From assembly GCA_002502095.1 (NCBI GenBank), contig DAPJ01000012.1, forward strand, positions 5,800-69,799: a stretch of DNA of 64,000 bases, written 5' to 3'. The translations under genes were made by a program, and so were the position numbers. This document shows positions 27,594 to 37,400 of the stretch, piece by piece; the stretch's first letter is position 1, and each line of letters starts with the position of its first letter. The notes beneath the pieces are model-generated. The model made no database searches, was not told the DNA's origin, and saw only the letters and a list, made by a program, of their open reading frames with translations. The DNA is from Euryarchaeota archaeon UBA62 (GTDB lineage Archaea > Thermoplasmatota > Poseidoniia > Poseidoniales > Thalassarchaeaceae).

Positions 27594-29117
27594 ATGAGTG
27601 AGACACCTCTCTCAAATGGTATGGACGCTTACGATGAGCTTCTTGGAATACTCAAAGATATCGATATGATGGACCAAGTAAGAAGTCTTCTAGGCTGGGA
27701 TCAAGAGGTCTTGATGCCTCCGAAAGCTGCTGAATTGAGGGGGGAACAAATAGCATGGATTTCCAGGGAGTCCCACAAAAGGAAGACTTCTCCTAGGGTT
27801 GGAGAGTTATTGGATGAACTGGAAGAAAGAGTAGATCTGGGAGATATTGAGAGTGCCAACGTTAGATTGGCCAGGGAGGCCTATGACAAGGCCACAAGGC
27901 TACCGACTGGATTCGTCTCTGAATTGGCTAAGCATAATTCGAAATCGCTCATTTCTTGGACTGAAGCTAGGAGGAATAACGACTTCTCTATATTCAGAGA
28001 TGACCTGGCTAAATCAATTGAATTCGCGAGAAAGAAGGCAGAATACTTGGGATATGAAGACCTTCGATATGATGCTCTCCTTGATATCTATGAATCTGGG
28101 CTCACAGTGTCTCGTCTCGACCCTCTTTTCGAAGGACTGAGAAACAAAGTAGCCCCATTAATCAGGTCTGTTGCAGAAAGGGGAGAGCGGCCCGATATTT
28201 CATGGGTCACCGAAAACTCATGGGAGCAGAAGGGTCAGGAAAGACTCAGTCAGAAGGTTTCTGAGTCAATTGGCTTCGATTTCGAGGCAGGAAGAAGGGA
28301 TGCCTCGACACATCCTTTCTGTGGAGGTCCAAATCCAGATGATGTTAGATGGACCACAAGATATAGCGATACTGATCCGTTTGGGTCACTATACGGTTCT
28401 ATGCACGAGACCGGGCATGGTACATACGAGCAAGGAAGACCGAGAGATCTTGACTTTCAACCCTCTGGAAAGGCCAATGGATTGGGAATTCATGAGAGTC
28501 AGAGCAGGCTCTGGGAGAATCAGATAGGTCGTTCACTAGAATTCTGTCAGTGGTCTCTGCCACTCTGGAAAGAGCAGTTTCCAGAGAACATGCAAGGCGT
28601 TGAAGCAGAGGACCTCTGGAGAGCGGTTAATTTGGTGGAGCCCAGTCTGATTCGTGTTGAAGCAGATGAGGCCACCTACAATATCCACATTATGATTAGA
28701 TATGAGATTGAGAAGCTACTAATCTCGGGCGATTTGGAGGTTGATGAGCTTCCCGACAAGTGGGACGATATGTATGAGGAATACCTTGGAATAAGGCCCA
28801 CAGATAGATCGTCGGGGGTACTACAAGATATTCATTGGTCGATGGGAGCGATTGGGTATTTCCCGACATATACCCTCGGAAATCTATATTCTGCTCAACT
28901 ATTATCTGCGGCCAGAGAAGACTTGCCAGAGCACGATGCACAAATTAGGAGTGGTGACTTCTCCCCGCTACTTGATTGGATGAGGAAGAAAGTGCATAGG
29001 CGAGGGAGTATTCTAAAGCCTGCTGAGCTCATTGAAGAAGCTACAGGATCGCCTCCCTCGCCAGAGGCATTTGTTGATTATCTTAGTAATAAGGTGAGGC
29101 TTCTTTACTCGATTTGA
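27594..29117 (+). CDS. Carboxypeptidase, family M32 (Taq type)
   Basis: HPF, HETGH, HESQ, IRVEADE, GVLQDIHW, GYFPTY. Confidence 0.93.
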   Translation: MSETPLSNGMDAYDELLGILKDIDMMDQVRSLLGWDQEVLMPPKAAELRGEQIAWISRESHKRKTSPRVGELLDELEERVDLGDIESANVRLAREAYDKATRLPTGFVSELAKHNSKSLISWTEARRNNDFSIFRDDLAKSIEFARKKAEYLGYEDLRYDALLDIYESGLTVSRLDPLFEGLRNKVAPLIRSVAERGERPDISWVTENSWEQKGQERLSQKVSESIGFDFEAGRRDASTHPFCGGPNPDDVRWTTRYSDTDPFGSLYGSMHETGHGTYEQGRPRDLDFQPSGKANGLGIHESQSRLWENQIGRSLEFCQWSLPLWKEQFPENMQGVEAEDLWRAVNLVEPSLIRVEADEATYNIHIMIRYEIEKLLISGDLEVDELPDKWDDMYEEYLGIRPTDRSSGVLQDIHWSMGAIGYFPTYTLGNLYSAQLLSAAREDLPEHDAQIRSGDFSPLLDWMRKKVHRRGSILKPAELIEEATGSPPSPEAFVDYLSNKVRLLYSI

Positions 29118-29165
29118 CTGTCGATTATACGGAAGTACGATATCTACTTCCTCCATAGGGTATTT

Positions 29166-30215
29166 GTGGGAGACAGGAGCCTTAGTGACGCTTCATCATT
29201 TATTAGGGATGTTGGAAGTTGTTGTAGTTCTATCTTATTTGGGTCAGACACAGTCGTTGTTGGTTCGAAAGAAGGTGTGATTAAGTCATGGTCAATTGAG
29301 ACTGGTGAGCAGATACTGGAACTGGAGTTGGATGGACCGATATCAGATTTAGCAGTTTCAGGAGAAGTGATTTATGCCTCATGCTCGTCTAATTTGGTAG
29401 CCATTAAGATTAGCACGGGTGAAGTTTTGTGGAGCTCGCAACTGGAAGGTTCCAGCGATAGTGTAGCGATCTGGGATGGCTTTGTTTGGGCATTATCCTC
29501 TGTCTATGAAATTGATATCTCTGACTACACTGAGTCAACACTTTGGAAATTCAATAGCCAGGGAGAGCTAATTGAAAGATGGTCGTTCGCCGAAAAAGGG
29601 TGGCATATGGGAGTCAACAATGGAATAGAGATTGGGATAGGAAGGCCTTCTTGTGGCTTTATCAAAGTAGGTAGGGATGGTATACTGAATTATCACTCAC
29701 TTGCCGTCGCGTCTCCTGTTACCATCGGTTGCGATGGGGCTGAGACGATAATGTTCGGATTGAGTGACGGCAGTATTTGTAATTCTGAAGGAGATTTATG
29801 TGGAAAGGGAAGTGGATTGGTGACCTCGATCATTAGCATAGATGATGGATGGGCGAGTGGTGATCGAAATGGCCGAATTATATGGGGCGAGGAAGAAATT
29901 GAGCTAGGTAGCGAAGTATTGTCATTGGGTATAGCTCCGAATGGCGTTGACCTGTGGGTTCAGACTTGGGAGGACAAGTCAAGATTCTTATCGATTTCAC
30001 CAGGTGGGGTTTACTCACATATCTTCGAGCACCCTGATAGAATTGTGGTTTGTGATTTCGAGGAAGGGGGGCTGGTTTTTGGAGATCAAACTGGAAAGGT
30101 GTTCTTGGTAGAAGAAAGATACGAGAATCGATTTGACCGGGGGGACATGGAATCAGGACGTCGGGAAGGGGAAAGAAATCTCCTTATGGAACGTTTGAGA
30201 AGGCTGAGGGAATGA
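29166..30215 (+). CDS. WD40/PQQ-like beta-propeller protein
   Basis: Repeated GSKEGVIKSW / STGEVLWS / GDRNGRI / GDQTGKV blades. Confidence 0.7.
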   Translation: MGDRSLSDASSFIRDVGSCCSSILFGSDTVVVGSKEGVIKSWSIETGEQILELELDGPISDLAVSGEVIYASCSSNLVAIKISTGEVLWSSQLEGSSDSVAIWDGFVWALSSVYEIDISDYTESTLWKFNSQGELIERWSFAEKGWHMGVNNGIEIGIGRPSCGFIKVGRDGILNYHSLAVASPVTIGCDGAETIMFGLSDGSICNSEGDLCGKGSGLVTSIISIDDGWASGDRNGRIIWGEEEIELGSEVLSLGIAPNGVDLWVQTWEDKSRFLSISPGGVYSHIFEHPDRIVVCDFEEGGLVFGDQTGKVFLVEERYENRFDRGDMESGRREGERNLLMERLRRLRE

Positions 30216-30218
30216 AAA

Positions 30219-30264
30219 TTTACAGTGGAAATTAACATTTACTGACCCCTATTTCCACTGTAAA
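30219..30264. repeat. Perfect 14-bp inverted repeat with 18-nt spacer
   Basis: TTTACAGTGGAAAT (30219-30232) and ATTTCCACTGTAAA (30251-30264). Confidence 0.85.
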
Positions 30265-30276
30265 CGTGTTACTGAA

Positions 30277-30290
30277 CGAAAGGTTTATTT
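30277..30290 (+). promoter_or_regulatory. Archaeal BRE/TATA promoter for the putative ncRNA
   Basis: CGAAAGG followed by TTTATTT, about 30 nt before the GC-rich structured region. Confidence 0.55.
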
Positions 30291-30322
30291 GCCGCCGCTT
30301 GCCCTGTTGACTTTGCCGCTCC

Positions 30323-30960
30323 GGGGGAGTGGTGTGGGCGCGCTTCGGCAAACCCGCGGGCCACAACAACTGATCCGCTAAGTCGGAACGGTAGAACCGT
30401 ACTCTGAAAAGAGTGCGGGGAACAGCCGAATCACCTGTGGGTGAGTAGGCAGCAGTAGAACCAATGTGGGAAAGATCGGACGCAAGGAAGGGAAAGAAGC
30501 AATGGGGAAAGCTGGGGAAAACGGAACCGAACCCTTCGGGGGGAAAACACAAACCGTACCAGAAAACCATACTGCAAAGGTACACGAAGGAAGGGAAAGC
30601 ATTCAGAGATGGATGCAATCTTGGAGCACGGGTGCGGGGAACGAAGTGGAGATAACCGGACGCAAGGAAGGGGAAGGAAGCCTAGGGAAACGCACCGGGA
30701 ACAAGAGCAGGGAGACCTGTGGAGGACCGGTACCGATCGAGAAACAAAACGGTGATACTAGCCGTGGAGTGACTCGAGAAGGGCGACAGAGGAGCAATCC
30801 TCTGGGGGATATTACCCAAAAGTCCAGAGAAATGGCGAAGGAGCCCTAGTGGTTCCAGAGTCGTCTACCCGGGAAATCATCTCCTTTGGAGATGACGAAC
30901 CGGACCCTGCGGAGTACGCAGGGGGGAAAGCTTCCCCAAGCAGAACCCCCTGCTGCTCCC
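30323..30960 (+). ncRNA. Candidate large (~640 nt) structured non-coding RNA, family unknown; partly resembles group II intron domain I
   Basis: Closing helix GGGAGTGGTG/TGCTGCTCCC; hairpins with GAAA, GAGA (x2), GCAA and UUCG (x2) loops; AGUA/GAA E-loop; 16-nt direct repeat; no credible ORF. Confidence 0.8.
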
Positions 30961-30979
30961 ACCTATGGCCCTTTCAAAA

Positions 30980-30989
30980 TTATTTTTTT
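30980..30989 (+). terminator. Oligo-T archaeal terminator
   Basis: TTATTTTTTT about 20 nt after the closing helix. Confidence 0.55.
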
Positions 30990-31001
30990 CGTGATGATAG
31001 C

Positions 31002-32603
31002 CTAGCTGTTTCCTGTCATTGACTCTGGCCTGACCCATTGATCGAACTGTTCTTCAGTAACCAATCCAAGTCTTATGGCACTCTCTCTGAGTGTTAGATT
31101 GTTCTGGTGGGCTTCCTTGGCAATCTTCGCGGCGTTATCGTATCCAATGTGAGGATTAAGAGCGGTTACCAACATCAGAGAGTTCTCCAAATGCTCGGAA
31201 ATCTTCTCTTCATTAGCGACCAATCCATTAATACACTTGGAAGTGAACGAGCGACAGCTATCCGACAGGATTCTGATTGAATGGAGCAAGTTATGAATCA
31301 TCATCGGCTTGAATACATTCAATTCGAAATTACCTTGGCTACCTCCGATGGATATGGCTGCATGATTACCCATAACCTGGCAGCATACCATCGTCATAGC
31401 CTCGGACTGAGTGGGATTGACCTTTCCTGGCATAATACTGGATCCTGGTTCATTGGCAGGCAAGGACAGTTCACCGATTCCGCATCTGGGGCCAGAGCCG
31501 AGCCATCTGATGTCGTTTGCGATCTTCATTAATGAAACCGAAAGGGTGTTCAGTGCTCCCGATGCGGAGACAATTGCATCATGGGCTGCTAACTGAGAGA
31601 ACTTGTTCTCTGCACTGATGAATGGCAGGCCAGTTTGTTGGGAAATACTGGTGGCGACCTTTTCTGAAAAGTCGGGATGTGTATTCAATCCAGTTCCGAC
31701 GGCGGTCCCCCCCAGCGCTAGTTCAAATAGATCGGTCAATGCGAACTCTATCCTCCGAATATCAGCGTCCAACATGTACACGTATCCTGAGAACTCTTGA
31801 CCGAGAGTAAGTGGCACTGCATCCATGAGGTGTGTCCTGCCAATCTTGACAATAGAGGAAAACTCCTGCGCTTTGGCCTCCAAAGAGTCCCTTAGATGAT
31901 GAACTGAAGGCAGTAGTTGATTCGCGATTTGCTCGGCTGAAGATATGTGCATTGCCGTTGGAAATGTGTCATTACTTGACTGCGCCCTGTTCACATGATC
32001 ATTTGGGTGGACGGGGGCCTTACTACCCAATTCTCCTCCTGCGAGCTCTATTGCCCTATTAGCGATGACTTCATTTGCATTCATATTTGTTTGAGTTCCT
32101 GATCCTGTCTGCCAGATCCTAAGTGGGAAGTGTCCGTCGAGACTACCTGAAATTACCTCATCGCATGATGAGGAAATCAAAGAGGCGATGTTGCCATCCA
32201 GCTGATCTAGTTGGGAGTTGGTTTCTGCTGCTGCTTTCTTTAGAATCCCAAAGGCTCTGATTACTGCTCTTGGCATTATGTCGTCACCGATATCGAAGTT
32301 CTCAAGGGATCTGGCTGTCTGAGCTCCATAGTATCTATCTGCAGGTACGACTACTTCTCCCATGGTATCAATCTCGATCCTATTTTCATCTGGATTCGCC
32401 CTAGCAGATCTCTGATGGGTTGAGACTTCGATGTCCTCTTGGTGTGAATTTCTTGACGATAGGCCGTCTTCAATCATCTTAGAAATTGTAGCGGACCTTC
32501 CCCTAGTCTTGCCCTTGCCCACTCTACGGTCTAGCTTCCTAGCGGTTTCCTCTGGAATACTAATGCTGATTATCCTACGATCACCTACACGGTGCTTTGC
32601 CAT
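31002..32603 (-). CDS. fumC: Class II fumarate hydratase with N-terminal ribbon-helix-helix domain
   Basis: [30 protein letters not shown]; N-terminal [15 protein letters not shown]...[13 protein letters not shown]. Confidence 0.93.
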   Translation of the reverse strand: MAKHRVGDRRIISISIPEETARKLDRRVGKGKTRGRSATISKMIEDGLSSRNSHQEDIEVSTHQRSARANPDENRIEIDTMGEVVVPADRYYGAQTARSLENFDIGDDIMPRAVIRAFGILKKAAAETNSQLDQLDGNIASLISSSCDEVISGSLDGHFPLRIWQTGSGTQTNMNANEVIANRAIELAGGELGSKAPVHPNDHVNRAQSSNDTFPTAMHISSAEQIANQLLPSVHHLRDSLEAKAQEFSSIVKIGRTHLMDAVPLTLGQEFSGYVYMLDADIRRIEFALTDLFELALGGTAVGTGLNTHPDFSEKVATSISQQTGLPFISAENKFSQLAAHDAIVSASGALNTLSVSLMKIANDIRWLGSGPRCGIGELSLPANEPGSSIMPGKVNPTQSEAMTMVCCQVMGNHAAISIGGSQGNFELNVFKPMMIHNLLHSIRILSDSCRSFTSKCINGLVANEEKISEHLENSLMLVTALNPHIGYDNAAKIAKEAHQNNLTLRESAIRLGLVTEEQFDQWVRPESMTGNS

Positions 32604-32663
32604 ATATTCGGCATTAATTACTTATTAATAAACTCTGTGATAGACTATTAGTAAGGCGTTTTA

Positions 32664-33149
32664 TTAAAATCTCTCAACCTTGATTATCTTCTGAGGATCG
32701 TATGGCCTGTCTCCTGGCTGAGTATCGCAGTTCTCGATTTTGTGAACATTTTCTATTCCTTTGACGACCTTTCCAAATACGGCATGATTACCGTCAAGCC
32801 ATGGCGTGGGGACGGTGGTCAGGAAGAACTGGGAGCCACCAGTGTTTGGACCAGCATTGGCCATAGAGAAGAGTCCTGGAGTATCGTGGCTCTTTGCTAG
32901 TGCTGAAGTCTCACAAGGAATCTTCCAACCTGGACCTCCAGTTCCAGCTCTCCCATTGTGTGGGTCCCTCGAGTGAGGGCATCCTCCTTGAATCATGAAA
33001 TCTTTGATTACTCTGTGAAAATGTAGTCCGTCATAGAACCCATCATCCACAAGTCTGAGGAAGTTTCCTGTGGTCTCTGGACAGTCTTCGGTGAAGAGTT
33101 CGATATCTATTGGTCCCGCGCTTGTCGTCATTCTAACTATGGTAGGCAT
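32664..33149 (-). CDS. Cyclophilin-type peptidyl-prolyl isomerase
   Basis: FHRVIKDFMIQGG, SMANAGPNTGGSQFF, WLDGNHAVFG; start taken at MPTIVR. Confidence 0.93.
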   Translation of the reverse strand: MPTIVRMTTSAGPIDIELFTEDCPETTGNFLRLVDDGFYDGLHFHRVIKDFMIQGGCPHSRDPHNGRAGTGGPGWKIPCETSALAKSHDTPGLFSMANAGPNTGGSQFFLTTVPTPWLDGNHAVFGKVVKGIENVHKIENCDTQPGDRPYDPQKIIKVERF

Positions 33150-33328
33150 GAGTTGAGCGGGTGACAAGCGGTCCAATAGTGTAACTGCCGTAAGAAGGAA
33201 AATGGCAGTGCAATGGCCTGACCTTGTTATTGGTCGAAACATGGTGGTAGACGAAAATCGACTCGGGTCCTCTCAATGTAAATGAATGTCGAGTACGAAT
33301 CCAATTACTGCTGGAAGCACAAGTGAGG

Positions 33329-33727
33329 TCAGGCGACCAATGAACCGGGTAACACGCCTTCAGGAAGCTCGAGGAGCCTGACTGTTCCGTCCGGATCCAG
33401 AGCTCCAAGAACCAGAAACTGACTAATGAAACCAGTTGGAAGAGTTTTGTCGCCGAGATTGATCGCACCTACTACTTTTCTTCCAATTAAATCATGTCGT
33501 GGATAGTTGGTTATCTGTGCTGAGCTCCAGAGCTTTCCTATAGCAGGCCCAAAATCAACTTGAATCTTGTATGATGGCTTTCTCATCTCTGGGAACCTCT
33601 GGACATCCATGATTACTCCAGACCTTAGATCTAGGTCAAAATAGGCAGATGCTCCAACATAATCCTTCATTGGGTGTTTCTCAGGAGAATAGGGGTCTCC
33701 TTCCGGATCTATGATATGTTGGCTCAA
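33329..33727 (-). CDS. csaA: CsaA-type tRNA-binding / chaperone OB-fold protein
   Basis: KPSYKIQVDFGPAIG...SSAQIT, SQFLVLG. Confidence 0.85.
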   Translation of the reverse strand: MSQHIIDPEGDPYSPEKHPMKDYVGASAYFDLDLRSGVIMDVQRFPEMRKPSYKIQVDFGPAIGKLWSSAQITNYPRHDLIGRKVVGAINLGDKTLPTGFISQFLVLGALDPDGTVRLLELPEGVLPGSLVA

Positions 33728-34315
33728 TCAATCACCTGTAATATTTGATCTCAGTAAAAGTGGAATAAGAGGTATTCCGGCATTTTTGAATGCTTCAATT
33801 CCTCCCTCCTCTCTATCAAGAATAGTAATGCATGCCACTACTTCGCATCCCATAGAATTCAACATCTCAGCCGCCTTCAATGCTGATCCTCCAGTTGTGG
33901 TGACGTCTTCGAGTAATACCACTCTATCTCCTGATCTGATGGTTGAGCCTTCTATTCCTGGTGGATTTCCAGTCTTTCTGCCTCCTCTGCCCTTGGGCTC
34001 CTTACGAACCATGAATCCTCTGATTTCTGAGCCTTTTCCAGCCTTGGCGATTGCGATGGCCGTTAGGGGAACAGCCCCTAACTCCAAGCCACCAACAGCA
34101 TCTACATCCCCTAAATCCACAATTTTGTCATGAATTAGGACTCCAAGTAGGTGAGCGCATTCTGGGTTCATCATCACTGGTTTCATATCAAAGAAATGCG
34201 GACTCTCCCTGCCACTGGCTAGGGTGAATAGGTCATTAGGAGAGTGAAGGTATGCCAAATCTCTCACTCTGTCAATCAGTAGGAGCTTGGCTTGAGCGGC
34301 TGAAATCGACTGCAT
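33728..34315 (-). CDS. pyrE: Orotate phosphoribosyltransferase
   Basis: FTLASGRES, GLELGAVP, VRKEPK, LLEDVTTTGGS. Confidence 0.93.
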   Translation of the reverse strand: MQSISAAQAKLLLIDRVRDLAYLHSPNDLFTLASGRESPHFFDMKPVMMNPECAHLLGVLIHDKIVDLGDVDAVGGLELGAVPLTAIAIAKAGKGSEIRGFMVRKEPKGRGGRKTGNPPGIEGSTIRSGDRVVLLEDVTTTGGSALKAAEMLNSMGCEVVACITILDREEGGIEAFKNAGIPLIPLLLRSNITGD

Positions 34316-34443
34316 ATCCGACTAATCCGAGTAATGGTAATCGAATGAAGCTTCGGTAGGTAAATAGCCATCGAGTGGGGAAATACGGTCAATGTTCTTG
34401 AACGGTCTAGTCTGTTGGACATTTATTCGCGTGGGGCATAGTT

Positions 34444-37400
34444 ATGGTTGAGCAACGTGAATCTGTGTCGGAGTATGATTCAGATAGGCTTTCATCCGAA
34501 GTTGAATCCTACCAAGAATGGCTTGATTTAAGGACTCAGGAAGTATACGATATAGCTCTCCAAGCAAAGGCGAAAGGGCTTGACTTCAGCACTGAAATAG
34601 AAATCCCCAGAGCCGCGGATTTAGCGAGTAGGACAGAGAAGCTTCTCGAGGAGTATCTGAAGGGGCTAGAGATAGAGGATACACTCCGAGCAATACTGCT
34701 GAAAACTGACAGAGAGAGTGCGTCTATCCAGATTGCGGTTAGTGTGGCAAAACGGATGTATGAGCGTGACGGAGATCTTCGAGAGGCAATAGATTGCGGA
34801 CTCAGAGTTGGCTTAGCTGTACTTACAGAAGCTGTTCTTGTAGCGCCACTAGATGGCATTGGTGCGGTCAGGATTCTCAATAATTCAGATGGCTCAGAGT
34901 TTCTCTCTATTGATTTCTGCGGGCCGATAAGGGCTGCTGGAGGAACTGCTCAAGCTCTGTGCGTACTAATTGGTGACATGATCAGACGTGAGCTTGGTCT
35001 GGGGAGATATAATCCATCCACAAGAGAGGTGGAAAGAGTGAAGGAAGAGTTTGGACTATACAGAGTTGGGCTTCAGTACAAACCTCCTCCTGAGGAAGTA
35101 GAGGTAATCGTTAGAGCATGTCCAGTAATGGTTAACGGAGAGGAGACTGAGAAGCAGGAGTGTGCTGGATTCAAGGAGGTCAAGAACATACAGAATGAGA
35201 ATGGTTCATTCAGGACTAGGGTTCGAGGTGGAGTAATGTTGGTTATCGGTGAAGGCTTATGCCTCAAGGCTCCAAAAATTGTGAAGCACACGGAAAGAAT
35301 GGAGATTCCAGGATGGGAATTTATCTCTCAGTTTGCTAGTAAGGGAAAGAGCGATGAGGGAGAATCTGATAGCTTCAAAAGCAGGCAAATTCCTGAGATT
35401 TCAAGATATATGGATGATGTGATTGCTGGAAGGCCTATCTTTGGTGAGCCTGGTGAGCCTGGGGGATTTAGGCTTAGATATGGGAGAAGTAGAGCTACTG
35501 GGTTGGCGGCCGCTGGGTTGAATCCAGTATCGATGGAGGCGGCGGGTGGGTTCCTATCGGTTGGAACACAGATGAAGATTGAGCGTCCCGGGAAGGCTTG
35601 TGCAGTTACTCCCTGTACTGATATCGAGGGACCAATGGTAGTTCTTGACGATGGTGAGTTCAGACGTGTACACACACTCGATGAGTGGAAATTGATTCGA
35701 GAGAGAGTGGTTTCTGTTTGGGATAATGGAGAAATTCTGATGGGTTTCGGCGAGTTTCTTGAGAACAACAAGAATCTGGTTCCCTCCGCTTACAATAGAG
35801 ATTGGTGGGCGGCGGACCTTCTGGATTCATTGGATCATCCTCAGAAGGTCTCGACCTTTGCAGAGATTATGGGGGTCGGGCTTGATGCTCTGCCCAAAGG
35901 ACTACCGTTTAATGGCGCAATAAATCGAGGGGGGGAGGATGCTCTTGAGAGAGAGTGGCGTAAGAGAGAATGGTATCTTTTTCTGAGAGATGTAGATTTG
36001 ACTTGGCAACAGTCGAAGAGAATATCTGAGGCCTTCGGGACAGCAGTCCCTCCTCCTTGGAATCTATGGTGGTCCGATCTTCCGATTTCAATCACTAAAC
36101 CTCTCATCCAAGAATTGACTGGGTCAGAAATTGAAGAAAGTGGCTTGAGGATAAGCGGGGCGTCGAGAGATTGGAGCCCTGGTTCTTTACAGGTCGTAGA
36201 CTCGACACACGAGCCGGACTTTGACAATTGGCCTTCATGGATGTCTGTCAGAAATCATGGAATTGTAAAATCGTGTCTTCTGACTCTTGGTTTACAGCAC
36301 TATCATGAGGCTGGGGATATCGTGATATCATCCAACTGGGAAGGTCTCTTGGAGGGGCTAGGACTGATGAACGAGGAAGGTATAGTAGTTAGCTCAGTGG
36401 ATGCAATGGGGCATATCGACGATAGGCTCTTCAGGGTTAGTGAAGCCAAGAAGGTAGTCCAAGTTGAGGGCAAGAGAAAGAGTGAGCTGGAGAGTAGAAG
36501 GGGGCTTGCCAGAGTACAGGCAACTACCCTAGCTATGCAACAAGGCAAGGGTACACTAGAGACAGAGTCGATTGGAGAGGAAGCCGCACAGGGAATCTTT
36601 GACCCCGGGCCCGAAAACGTAGCCTCTCTGAATAGATCAGTTTCGTTACTAGATGATCACATTGTTGACGGTTCGTTATGGCTAGTTAGGAAGCTATCCT
36701 CAATGAGATGGGAGGACTCGGCAACGTGTAGAATTGGAGCTAGAATGGGCAGACCGGAAAAGTCCGGGGTTAGAGAGATGAAGCCACTGGTCCACTCACT
36801 ATATCCTATTGCTGAGAGTGGGGGGCCTCAAAGGCTCCTGGGAGAGGCGTCCTCCAAAGGAAGTATCAGAGTCCAGATGGGGCCGAGAATTTGTAGTAAA
36901 TGTGGTTCAGAGTCTCCGCATATCAGATGTCATGTCAGACCTGATCCCAATGTGGCCAAGGAGTGTGGAGGAAGAACGGAAGTCCGCAAGAGTCGTGGAG
37001 GTAAAAGGAGGCGTCGAGGAGAGTTTACGACAGTCCCGGTCTCATCGATTCTTGAAGTAAAAAGGAGAGCTTTGGGCTTGGACAAGCTCCCCTCGAAGAT
37101 CAAAGCTGTGAAGGGACTAGTTTCGATTGGACAATCCCCAGAACCATTGGAGAAGGGCATTCTGAGAGCGAAGCATGGGGTTTCTGTCTTCAGAGACGGA
37201 ACGTCAAGGTATGATATGAGTGATGTACCGGTAACACACTTCAAACCAGTAGAGATTGGTACATCTTGGGAGGCTCTCGCTGAACTGGGATATACTCATG
37301 ATATTCGAGGGAGGATCCTGAAATCTGATAGTCAGATGTTGGAGTTGCTTCCACAGGATTTTATTCCATCAATTAGGTCCAAGGACCACCTTCTCGCTAC

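Noticed and set aside
30477-30672. CRISPR array
   Set aside because: Only two 16-nt copies 180 nt apart, and no cas genes
30232-30849. ORFs 30232..30618(-), 30378..30602(-), 30464..30655(+), 30466..30849(+), 30603..30797(-)
   Set aside because: Low-complexity translations of purine-skewed sequence with no motifs; RNA structure explains the region better
30323-30960. RNase P RNA or SRP RNA
   Set aside because: No GAGGAA(A/G)NUCC / ACAGAA-GGNUA P4 pair and no SRP helix-8 CAGG-GGAA-AGCA motif; about twice the usual length. An Rfam scan is still needed to confirm.
33202-33285. 27-aa plus-strand ORF between the cyclophilin gene and csaA
   Set aside because: Too short, with no supporting motif
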